Origin: Klebsormidium nitens
Lineage: Eukaryota > Plantae > Klebsormidiophyceae
Assembly (NCBI GenBank): GCA_000708835.1
Contig: DF237462.1
Location: 1,716-65,715, forward strand
Direction: 5' to 3'
Length of the DNA: 64,000 bases
Position 1 is the first letter of the stretch; each line of letters begins with the position of its first letter. The notes below the pieces were generated by a model that saw only the letters and a program-made list of their open reading frames with translations, did no database searches and was not told where the DNA came from. Position numbers and translations under genes: made by a program. Positions 1-11,400 of the stretch are shown in pieces.

Positions 1-51
1 ACAACTTGCCCAATTTAGAGATTAATTTGTGTTCTCTTCCTTCCGTTGCAG

Positions 52-385
52 GGCCAGCAAGCGCTTGAAGAAGCTGCGGCTTGGATATTGGTGGAATGCT
101 CCTGATCTTTTCCTTAGAGGACTTTCAGAGGAAACAACCCTCGAGGAATTGCGCCTCGAATGCTGCCCTCATCTGACTGATGCCACAGTAGACAGCATTT
201 TCGCGGGCTGCAGGAGTCTAAAGCTTCTCGTGTTGCTCGACAACAAGCTTATTACGGCTGAGTCGATTAGGGCGTACCTTAGACATGGTAAGAAGAGCAC
301 GCTGCAGATCTTGGAGTGTCCAGGTGCTACCAAAGAGAATGTACCAGATGACTTGCGGACCGTTTTGCAAGACGTGTTTCCTTAA
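52..385 (+). CDS. Terminal exon of F-box/LRR protein paralogue 1 (5' part lies upstream of the window)
   Basis: Acceptor ttccgttgcag at 50-51, then LRR-type sequence (LKKLRLG..LEELRLECCPHLTDATVDSIFAGCRSLKLLVL) to TAA at 385. It is collinear with the last exons at 7137-7479 and 22137-22476 and has the same phase-2 intron position. Confidence 0.85.
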
Positions 386-3300
386 TAAGCTCTGAAGTCC
401 GGCCTCATGATGTTTGCAAAGTCTTGCGTTGATGATTGGGCCATGTTGGATTAGCGACAGCTGCTCACACGGACATCACAAATTGCAAATCACTGTCTCT
501 TTGCTACGCCAACGTCTTTTGGGGACACTAAAACACATTGGCTATTTCGTACTGACATGAGGGAAACTTCGATCGGGCCAACTACTGTATTTGCTTTGCG
601 GCATACGTGCAGATATGACCTGGTGCATGTGTATATGCCGATGAATGTACTTGCTTGCATTTGATGCCGGCCCGTCAGGTGAATGAGGTAAATGCTATAC
701 TATGCGCATCAAAATGAACGATAAGTTGGCGGAAATACCATGCAGCAAAGCTCTAGTGCTTTTGATGTAGCTGTACATTCCGCTTGCGATCATGTCACCT
801 GTGCGATCGATGATCGTACCAATAGAAGTCGCATGGCACATTCATACAAAAAGAACGTACATGGGACGCATGTAGGCAGTCTCGCTGTTTGCTTGTTAAA
901 CAGCCGTGAATCTCTCTCCCGACCAAACGCTTTGGTCGGGGTCATTCTCAATAATCCCCTTCAACGCCTACATAAGAGCGAGTCGAGAAGGATCTTATAT
1001 TGAGTTCAACCTGTCAGCAGGTGAAGGATGCGGCTGTTTCCATCAGAATGTACTTGCAATCTGCAATCACTCCGAGCATATGCACGAGATATATCGAGCT
1101 CGGATTCGATGCGGCAGCTCGCCATCATTCACGCTCTGTTTCGTATCGAATTCCAACATTGGCAACAAGTAAATCGGTCGGTCTCGAAAGAACAGCTTGG
1201 TTCATGCCCAAGGAGCGCGTTGCCAGCTTGGCGTGGCTCGTCGACTCAATCCAATTAAGCTTTTGCGCTCCGTGAATGGTTTCAGACAAGGCTAGATTGA
1301 CCGCTCTCGAAAGAACTACCTTCAAGCACAAAACGGTCCTACTCAGCCGAGCTTGATGATCCGCTGACCATTCTAAACATTCTAACGGAGTGTTTTTGAG
1401 CCAATCATTCCAAAGATGATACCAATGTCACCGTCGACTCGAGAATTCCTGTGCCGCCCCTTGTTTTCTGGCGTCGTAACTGCAGGAAGAATAAAAAGCG
1501 AGTGGTTATGATTTTGTTTGGAGACGAGGATGCCATCTCGAACAGCCTGGCTTTGTGGCATGATAACACAAGACAGAACGGCCCGAATAGCTAGTGGAAC
1601 CAGTGGACACGGCTTGGACGGGATGGAGGGCTGAGAAAGAACTTTGCACCATTATATGACCGGGTCTTACCTACCTTCTATGGACTTGGCGGGCTTGCTA
1701 CTCTTCAGCTCAGGAATGTTCGACGCGTTACGTAAACCGAGTTTTCAAGACTGCAGTGGTGATGATGGTCCGATACAAGTTAGCATCAAATAGGCGTATG
1801 ACTCTTCGTTATGCTTCTTTTGACAGGTTCGAGCGCGCTTCTGACAAAGATTCAAACGGGCGATCGACATGGAATGAGTCCGAATTTATACGAACTCCAA
1901 TGGGCGGCCAATAAGGAGCTCCGAGGATTGTCCGGCTCCCCCAGCTCGGCTTCTTCGATTTCAAACAATCAGGAACAATCATCGTATTACCATCCAGCAA
2001 AATTCAAGAAGCAGGTTTGCAAAGCAACTAGATGTGGATCTGGCGGCCCACCTAGAGCTTAGAATTCCGGGGACGTTGAAAACGGGTCCCCCGCCAGACC
2101 GGCAGCCGCTGATCATCTCCCCGAGGCGGCCCTCTTGCTGACGTCAACGCCGCGCGCGAGTGAAGCGGTTAGCGTACCACCTGCACGCTCGTGCGCGCAT
2201 ATCCGCCCTTCAGCCCTCAGCACGCGCGCGGTGGACATCTGCCTGACAAGCGGCTTGACAACGGCGCTCCTGTGAAAGGTCCCAAGGAGCTGTTAGGAAA
2301 CGTGAAGGAAAGTGTCAGACAACGAAAAGATGGGGTTTGAACGATCTTTCCGAGAGGTTTCAGAGAGATTTTGGTACCAGTACTAGCGGTCTCGGAGGAT
2401 ATGGAGAATCGAAGGTCGTACTCTCGGGATTTTTGCCTGGCGAGACATCGCTGAATTCTCTGGTCAGGGACTACAAGTCGTTCGGCCGTTCCCTTCCGAT
2501 TGCGTGAATCTCAGGGAGAAAGAGTCGCCTTCTTCCAGCCCGGCTGTCAACGCCCACTCAGACATCTTTACAACTTGGTCAATTTCGTCACAAGCATATC
2601 CAGGCCCCACCGAGAATGAAGGTCGAGAATGAAAACATCATCAGAAGGTCAATTGGAAAACTCGGTGCCTTGATCTGTCCTTTTCTCGACCTTCCCTTGC
2701 AATAAGCGTCTCGAAAAGGCGGCCTGAATTTTGAGACCCGACCCCCCACAAGTAGATCAGGAAAGCGTCTATTTGTCACAAATCCGTCAGAGCGCCCCAC
2801 ATCTTCGCGACTCCTTTGGGAAGGACTCCTACAGACAAACTTCAAAAAGCCTTCCAGTACGCTGATCCTCCAAAGCGCCTCACCTGTACGGCTTGTCCAC
2901 GAGATCGCCGCCGCGTGATCACACTGCAGCTGCTTCCGAAGTCGTTACTACCTCCGGTCAGCTTGCTCCGCTCGGTATCGGGGACAGTGAGATGTAGGAC
3001 TTCCATTGAAATGCTGAAGGCAGGCCTCCGTACAGGTATCTCTCGCTGGCAGTTTTGAATCTCGTGCGGCCGCTGCGCTGCCTGCACAAAGGCGGACCCA
3101 GGGATTCATGCGGGGGTTCACGTGGCCGCTACTGGCGTCAAAGGGACTGAAGGCGCTCAAATTCAGGCCGGAAACAACGTCGGGTTTGAGACGTAGTCGG
3201 ATCTTTGGAACTCAAGGACGATCCGGGGAGGGCTCAGGAACGAGTGCGGAAGAATGCTCTTTCAGACTTCAAGGCTTGAACGTGCTCATACTGAAAACAC

Positions 3301-4311
3301 AAGAACACCCTGGGCGGACACAGACAGCCTGTACTTATATCTATTTTCATTTGTGACAGTCCGTTTCCGTTGCGGACTGAAACGGAGCTTGGACGTCTGA
3401 AGCAGAAATCTTAGTGGGCAGCGTTGGTAAAGAATTCGTCCATCGGTTCAAAGTTTTGAAAGATGCTGTCGCCGCATCCACTGGATGCAAATTGCTCAAA
3501 GAAGTTGGCAAGAAAAATACGTTGCTCAGCAGTAGCGGCGGTTCTTCACCAGCTTTCATGGACCGCGAATACCTATCTTGATTGGCGCGGCCGAAAGGGA
3601 AGAGCACTTTGCATTTTGTACACCGCGTGTACCAACGTAGTGCGCAGCCCACTGCGGCAGGTAAGATGACCTCAAACGCTGCCAAAGAATCTCGTGTCAC
3701 CGGATTTTGACTCACGTAAAACCAGTCGGCAATCCGAATTTGCCGTAATTGGAATCCCGACCGGCGCCTAAATGGCAGACAAAGGGATATGCAAGTGCCA
3801 CGTGGCACTCTCACCTTGGTGACGGGCACAGGCGAGCTTTTCCATTGCGGCCCGGAGGCTGTAGGCGCGTCTTTGCCAGCTCCAGATCTGTTGACAAGGC
3901 ACGCGAACACCAGAGAGTGTCATAGATTCCATGCTGTCATCCAGGGTGAGCGGTGACCGCTTCAGCACATCGAAGCTAAAGGGCCAGAGCGACTCAAAGA
4001 GGTTTGAGCATGCAAACCAAACGAGATCTCTTAAGCTGCAAAAGACATCCAAGCTATCACAACCCACGTTTGGAGCAAGAGCGCGCAAGACTGTCAGCCT
4101 TTGGCAGCACAATGACCTGCCCCTTTCTATATAGATCTTAACCGCGTATTCTTTTTGAGAGCTCAAAGCACGTGCGCTCCAGCATCTCTTGGCAGAGCCA
4201 CCCTTCTCAGAAGCTACCTAACATGTATCACAAGGGTTATTCCAACACCTAGATAAATTCCCACGATCTTTGACTAGCTCACAGCCTGATCCTCTCGACA
4301 TCTGACAATAG

Positions 4312-4320
4312 TTAGGGTTT
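4312..4320 (-). promoter_or_regulatory. Telo-box-like motif (AAACCCTAA) upstream of F-box paralogue 2
   Basis: Exact 9-mer on the minus strand about 1.2 kb upstream of ATG 5514. The function is inferred only from the known plant telo-box. Confidence 0.25.
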
Positions 4321-5171
4321 CTAAATGGCCCCAAACATAATCTGCATGGTACAAAGAAACGTGCAGAATGATATGAAACTTGCCCTTACCCTAAAGAGAC
4401 CCCTTTCGGGCTACGGTGCACAAGATTACCACCCCCTGGAAGCACACTGCTTCCGGCCTCCTGTCAAACTTGAATAATTTGCCAGCATTCAAGCTGACAT
4501 CGCCGCCTCCAGCATTGGCCCTGCGTCTCCACTGCGAGCGCTGACGTCACCGTTGCTTCTTTCCTGCTCCTGCCTTGAGCAACTGACAACATCGAAAGCA
4601 GCGGGAGGGATTCTAGAAAGATCATTCGTGTCAATGTTGTTTCAAGGTCGGTTCTGAAGCCCCTGATATTGCTGAGGTCAGCGGGCGCAGTCGCAGGTCT
4701 GCAGGAAAAGGGACGGACGTCGGTGTGCAGCTAGCGCTCGCCCGCTCTGTCAATCCTCACCATGTGCGGGTTGAGCTTTGCGTAGCAGCTGCAAGCGGTC
4801 AATCACATACCTGGCGGAAACATCAAGAAGGAGTCAAGTTATAAGGCTGTTCATCGTTAACAAGGTGATGATGAAAGGAAGGAGCGCTGCCCATAAGGAG
4901 CCTCGAAAAAGCTTTTCCCCTAAACCACTTCATGAAGCTCACAATGTACCTGGCAAATGAGATGAAGAACAGACCACCAACGCAGGAAGTGGTGTCATAC
5001 AGCAGGTGATGCTTGCTGCCCAAGACTGTGAAGTGGCCTTCCGGTTGCAATGATACTCCCTCGATCCTTATTGCGGAAGGGGGATCCCCTTTGCATAGGA
5101 GCAGCTGACGTGTTTTTTTATGCTTACTTTCGACCAATCCGAGTCCTTGCTTCTGTCCAGGTGGCATTACG

Positions 5172-5220
5172 GTACGTACCGCCGTCCGCTTCTTGCTTAG
5201 CGGTACCGTACCCTTGGTAC
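5172..5220. promoter_or_regulatory. Cluster of five GTAC cores (candidate SBP/SPL-CRR1 copper-response elements)
   Basis: GTAC at 5172, 5176, 5203, 5208 and 5217. The block ggtaccgtaccNNNggtaccctctgc is conserved upstream of paralogue 3. Confidence 0.4.
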
Positions 5221-5513
5221 CCTCTGCTGACTCGCCTCTGAGCTGACTCCAGATTGAGCTTGGCAGCTTGAGCCTCAGGTATAGAGTAAGCTGCAGAGCT
5301 GCTTCTTGTTCACAACTTTCACTTCCTCTGGAAGCAAGTTGTGTTTTAGCTCTCTGGCGCCCAGGCGATCTTCGGCGATCAGCGATCAGCGATCAGCGAT
5401 TAGAGTTTTGCGAGCAGCGAGCAGCGTTCGGCGACCAGCGATTAGTTGTAGAGGCTAGGAGAGTTTAGAGGATAGCGCGCTTCCTGTTACAGAGCATTCC
5501 CCTGCTCTGCAGC
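5200..5513 (+). promoter_or_regulatory. Conserved non-coding upstream/5' UTR block shared with 20233-20539; includes a GCGATCA heptamer run at 5375-5400
   Basis: Long near-identical tracts directly before both ATGs, e.g. ttcacaactttcacttcctc, ggaagcaagttgtgttttagc, ctctggcgcccaggcgatctt and gctaggagagtttag. Confidence 0.8.
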
Positions 5514-7479
5514 ATGGCGGCATTTGTGGCGGGCCTGCTTGGCTTCAGCGAGCAGGAGTTTCACTTCCGCGTGCAGCGAGCGAACCACTTGACGGTCGCT
5601 CCTCTCCTGAGCCTCTACCACTCCATCTCTCCCCTCCTAGGTCTGACTGCCTCCTCTGATGATGTTCCGGTGGTTGCTGCTGTTGATGAGGCAGTTCCCC
5701 TCTCTACTTCTTCTCAGCCTGCTCAGCTCCTCGAGGATGCGGATGGTGAACAAAACCACGCGCAATCTGACGCCTCCGCCCTCGAGCCCCTCAGCCTGAA
5801 CTCTGATGCTAAATCTCAGGAGGGAGAGCTGCAGCTTACTTTGTGCGAGCAGGGATTGTGCGGCAGAGGGGAGGCACTGCCTCAAAGGGGAGAGCGAGAG
5901 AGGGAGAGGCTGGATTTTTGTTTAGAGGAGGGCTTGGCTGGCCGTGAGGAGGCCCTGCCGAAGGATGGGGAGGGGAGTCAGTGGGTGGGGCGTGAGGTTG
6001 CAGACTTGTCATTGGCAAGGGGGGCAGCGAGCATTGCGCAGCTGGATGGGGGTTGCTTGGTCAAGATCCTGTCCCATGTGGACAACAAGACTCTTCAGGC
6101 GTGCTCCTTGGTTTGCCGCGAGTGGCTTGAGGTTTCCAGCTTTGCGCGCACGCTCATGAGTCTGCAAGAAGGCCCCCAGATCACTGCCCTCCCCTCGCTG
6201 GTCGCACGCTTCTCACGGCTGCAGAGTCTGCACATCCAGGGCCCCAAGACTGAGACCATCCCCGCCTGGTTCCTCCCCGAAGACTACGTCGCACCAGAAC
6301 AACCCCGCACAGACTTGGCCAACATCGTTCCCCTCAATGACTTTGGAATGGACATCATCGCTCGCGGCTGCCGCGGTCTCTGCAAGCTGGAACTAGAATG
6401 GTGCTCTGGCTTCTCTGACGTCGGACTTGCGGCAGTTCTGAGGGGTTGTTCTGAGTTGCTTGACCTGAGCCTGGCCTACTGCGGGGGGTTCTCTGGGGAG
6501 GGGGCATTCGCTGGCGTCTCGTGCAGACTAGAGAAGCTTGTGCTGGACGCCTGCGACAAGTTGACGAACGAGGGCTTGCTTGCGGCTGCGGTGGCGTGCC
6601 CCCAGCTGAGAGATCTCAGCGTTCTCATGGATAAGGAGAACGATGCGCTGGCAGTGGGGCTGGAGGGAGCCGCTAGATCGTGTAGGGGCCTGCATGCGCT
6701 CATGATCCACGCCTGTGGGATCAGCGATGCAACGCTGCGAGCAGTAGCCGTCAGCTGCCCTCAGCTGCAGCAGGTCACCGTCACGTGCGAGCCCGCCGTC
6801 ACACACACGGGGCTCACGGCCTTCTTTGAGAGGCTGCCAAAGCTGGAGGAGCTGACGCTGCAGAACATGGAGGGGTTGGTGCATCTGCCGCGCTTCAGGT
6901 ACGTAGCAAGAAGTGCAATGTGCCAACAAAGCCTGCAAGATGCTCATCAGCTCTTTCTAAATCTGCAAACTGACAGCTTTCAACTCATCTTGAGTTTTCG
7001 ATCTGACGTTCTGGTCTCCTGTCAAAGTGGTAGGACTGCACAGTGACTAAGGAACTATTTGTGTGCATCCCTCCATTGGTTACTGGATCTGGTTTGCTCG
7101 CTCTGCCTAGTTTCTTACTGGATCTTGCATGTGCAGGGCTGGTCGGTGCCTAAAAAAGCTGCGGCTGGGCATCTTCTGGGATGTGCCGGACGAGGTCCTT
7201 AGGGAGGTTTCCGAGGAAACGAACCTGGAGGAGCTGCTGCTGATTTCTTGTCACCAACTAACCGATGTGACGGTTGACATGATCTTTGCTGGCTGCAAGA
7301 GGTTGAAGCGTCTGGTCTTGTATGATAACGAGTTGGTGTCAACGGAGTCGATAGCGGCTCTTCACAAGAGCGGCAGGAAAGTCAAGCTGGTTGTTGGAGA
7401 GTGTCCGGGTTCTAGGGAGGGAGCTTTTGCGCCAGAGTGGTATGGTGAAATGGAGCAGATTAATTACTTTCTTTCCTAG
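5514..7479 (+). CDS. F-box/LRR-repeat protein (FBXL-type SCF substrate adaptor), paralogue 2, 575 aa
   Basis: Exons 5514-6898 and 7137-7479 (donor AG|GTACGT, acceptor GTGCAG|G, phase consistent). F-box motif LDGGCLVKILSHVDNKTLQACSLVCREWLEV is followed by cysteine-containing LRRs (LCKLELEWCSGFSDVGL, LEKLVLDACDKLTNEGL). Confidence 0.9.
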
Positions 7480-8461
7480 ATCGCATAGGATACTCGACAT
7501 TATTCTAAACAGGTTGCAGATTGACGATTTTCAGCTTGAAGAAAAGCTCGCTACACCAACAAGCCAAACGTGAACTGGACAGTGTATGCATACAACGGTT
7601 GTAGCTGAAAGTATAGGTTGGCAGAAAGCCCAACGTTGTCTACTTGCATGGACTCATGAAGTCTGGCAAGTTGCACGAGGTCGACACGATCAGCATGGCC
7701 GCGGTTGCTTTACTCGACGATCAGATGCTTGTATATCTTGCCAAAGCACGAACGATAGTGCACGTTGCTGAGAATATGCATGCAGCTTGTATGATGCCAG
7801 CAGCTGTACAGGGCCAATCATTGCACGCGGCTTGGAATGATCCGTTAGGCGTATGCGTTAGGCGTATGCGATGGGCGGCAAAACATGCTAGCTCGGAGTT
7901 GCCAAGCACCCGTTTGCAGAAGTCAGATTCGTGCGTCCTTAGGGTAAAACGTTTGCACACGAAGCTTGCATTACTTATCTGATGTTGCCGCGCAACTGGC
8001 AAGGATTGTTCTTGGCCGTCTTTGAAGAAGCGCTCGCCAGCTAACCTCGACTGGCTGGCTGGCTGTGACAGTTTGCGTATGTATAGACTGTTTGCCCACA
8101 TAGAAATGTCGACAGCCGAAACTGGCAGATTTTCTGGGCGTTGAAGCAAAGCCGTCAACAGCGTCGCGCCTAGCACGAATTCCGAGTCTTTCTCCGTCTC
8201 TGATGACAATCGAAGGCAGACACGGAGCGTCATGCTAATATGGCCGTAGTACGAAGGAACAAGGGCAGACCAAAACAAATCAGGAGGTTCAGCATGGGTC
8301 CATTCAGATGATGACCAATTTCCGCTAAAGCCACGCATGTTCCACTCATAAAATATCATGTCAAGTGACCGGCCAACTTTAGAAAAGCGTTGTGCTTAAC
8401 CACATTCCTTGAGCTTCTTTCTTTCTCGAGTCTCCGGTGAAGGCTGGAGCGGGGGTAGGCT

Positions 8462-11400
8462 CTAGCGACGCAATGGTTTGGCAACCTGCGTCCACGAAGC
8501 ACGTTCAGATTGGATCAAGTAACAATTTCATCTAAAGAGCTTCTGTAAGATAGATTATTCACTTGTAGGGGGCTCGAAAGAGTTACAGCTTTCCACGCCG
8601 CAAAGAGTGATGTTGAGAGCCAAAGAGGCGGCACGAGCAGGAATGGCACGCTAGAGCAATTCTTATCCGAGCCCAATGATTGCGTTTCTTCCTTGCTTTC
8701 GTGTGAGCCTGTAATCAACCGTGTCCTGCGCACGCACAATCAAGTAGGCACTTTCAGAATCTAGAAAGCTTCCCGCTCCTTTCTACGGCCAGTGCCATAA
8801 TTCACATACTCACCTTCTTCGCACCCTCATTCTTGGTGGCTTCAAGCACCCGCAGCCTCGAGCGGAGACGGAACACTTCTCCGCCCAGCACCGTCAGGTT
8901 CGCAAGCGCTGCCGCTATTTTCCGGTGCCATACGTCTTGCATTTCAGCCAGGTCCTTCTCGCGCTGCTCCGCCAAATACAGCCGCTGCGCCTCTTGGTCC
9001 GCCCGTTGAGCGCGCGCCCACTCGCTGCGGCTCTCCTCGTTTGCCTTCAGCTCCGCCACCAGCGCCGCGCACTGCGCCTGTATACAGCACCGCACAGGCT
9101 CGCTCGATAAGATACTCTAATTGGGGTGACATAGATTGATCGTTCCATAAGGATGTCTTGCCTAAGATCGGAATTGTCTGGTGGAGGACGGGAGCGACGA
9201 TCCGACTTTTGCTGGTCATGCGCAGGGTGAAGCTGCTCTATGTCGAGCCTTGCTGTGTGCGGTTGTTTTTCTGGGCAAAAACCACAGAAGGTGCTTGGGT
9301 TTTTGATCTGCGTACCCCTGTGAAGTGCGAAGTCCAGATTTTCAGAGCTTACGCCGCGCCTAGTGCACATGGATAAACGACGAAATGACCGAAGAAATGA
9401 TGATTGCCTTCTGACGCACCGAACAGCGTAGGGCAAAGCTTTCTCCTGGACAAGGCTTTGGCTAAGGAACGCTTTTGATATTTCAAAACAGCAGTTCAAA
9501 GAATCAACCGGGTGTTAGTCTATGCTCAACCTCGAAATCTGTATGACCGAGAGCGGCAAAGCAGAGCATTGGCTCTTTAGTACGCATGGCATCCTGGTTG
9601 AGATACTTCACTGCAGATCTGTCATCGCCCAAATCAACCGCAGATGGACGAGTGGAGCTCACCTCGGCCGCCTCCTTCTTAAGCGTCAGGTCATGGATGG
9701 CCTTCGCCGCCTCCGCATCGGACGTCAGGATTGCTCCAGTGGCTGCTGGGCCCTTCGTATTCTTCTGCATAAAACGTGAGAAGCTCTTCCTCATTGTTAC
9801 ATTTGGGCACAAAGGAAGGAAGAATATGACAGCCTATTTGTATAAGCTTCGACGCCATTTCCTTCTTTACGAACGCCTTCAAACAGGGAGCGGTTTCCAC
9901 CGATCTCCCGCTTCCGTTCTGCTACTTCTAGACTTCAAAACAAATTCCGGTTCTGAAACGATGCACACAGCGTATTTCTGGTTCTGACACGGTTCTACAA
10001 CTTTGAGCACAGTCGCCTCTCTTCAACGCTTTAAAAAGAGAATACATTTCACAAACATGGTCTCGCTTCCATTAACAGGAATGCTCAAAGCTTGCAATAG
10101 AATCTCGATGGTAAAGTCTGGCTCCTCTTTGCTTGTTTGAGTCACTTTATAACATAGAATTTTAGATAACCTGAGCAACCCACAAACCACTAAACCAGGC
10201 TGGTCGATAAAAGATTGATCGCGGAAATGCTCACCTTCTCCTTGAGCGCGCCGCTGGCCCCGGCCTGGCCCCCCTCGCGCTGCATCACCCCCTTGGCCGG
10301 GACCGGCGCTGACGTGGTTCCGGATTCTCCGTCGGCACCACTTCCGGGTCCGGTCTTGGGCGCCCCAAATGCCAGTGCTTCCCGGACTTGGACCTCCACC
10401 TGTTCGATTTCGGCCTCCAACAGCGCCAACTTCTTTTCCGCAGCGCTCGTCACGTCCGCCGAGATCTGTCCACCTTCTTCCTCGGCACCCGATTCGTCTG
10501 ACTGCTTCTTCTTCCCCTTCGCGATCTCCATCCGTCTCAACTTTGCATCCGGACCATCGTTTTCGCTTCCCACTTCCTTCTCGACGACTACTTTTCTCGC
10601 ATTTACTGCCGCCAGTCGCTCCTCCTCGTCTGCCAACCGCTTCACGACTACGGCCAACTTGTCCGCTGCCGCCGCCGCCTTCTCCTCCGCTTCATTCTGT
10701 GCAGCTTGCGCCAGCGTGCGCGCAGCCTCCGCCTTCTGTGCCTGTACAACGTAACAAGGCTTTGTGAAAACCTCCTTTGTTCTCTGGGATGGATCTGCGA
10801 ATACTATCAAGGTGAAGAGGCAAAACTCTCGTCATCAACTTGGGTTTTCTTTGACGTTCAGAGACGATGTGACATCTGGGAATCAACCTGGGATGTTCAT
10901 CAAAAGAATCATAGGCTTACCGGTTCTTAGTCATCGGTATTTATATGAGTGCTCTACTTCGTCGAAGAGCGCGATTTTGGAACCGGCTCGAATGTAAGAA
11001 CGAAAGATCCAATAAGCAGGAGTCGGCTCTGAGAAGACGACTTGCTTTGTGAGCAAGATGGCATGCCAACTGATGAAGCTGGAGTCAGTGCATTTGAGAT
11101 ACCCAGAATCACAGTCTTAAGGACAGACGGACACGACTCTGTTCGGGAAATAGAGCACGATGTCCTCTGCTTGACCACGGTTGCTAATGGCTTCCTGTCT
11201 GCACACCATTCGTCGAGCGAGCCAAAAAACAGAATCTTCTGGGGCACTGATGGTCTGGAAGCACGAATCTCGTGGCACATAAGCAGTAGCAACACGCACA
11301 AAGGTTTCTTCAGATTGCCCACCTCAGCAGATTCTTGTGCCCGGATGGCCGCCACTTCCTTCTCCTTGTTGTCCAACTCTAGCGCCGCCAGCCGCAGCAT

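Noticed and set aside
7721-8359. 212-aa minus-strand ORF between F-box paralogue 2 and gene A
   Set aside because: No codon bias, no motif and no counterpart in the duplicated module. It lies where the 3' UTRs are expected.
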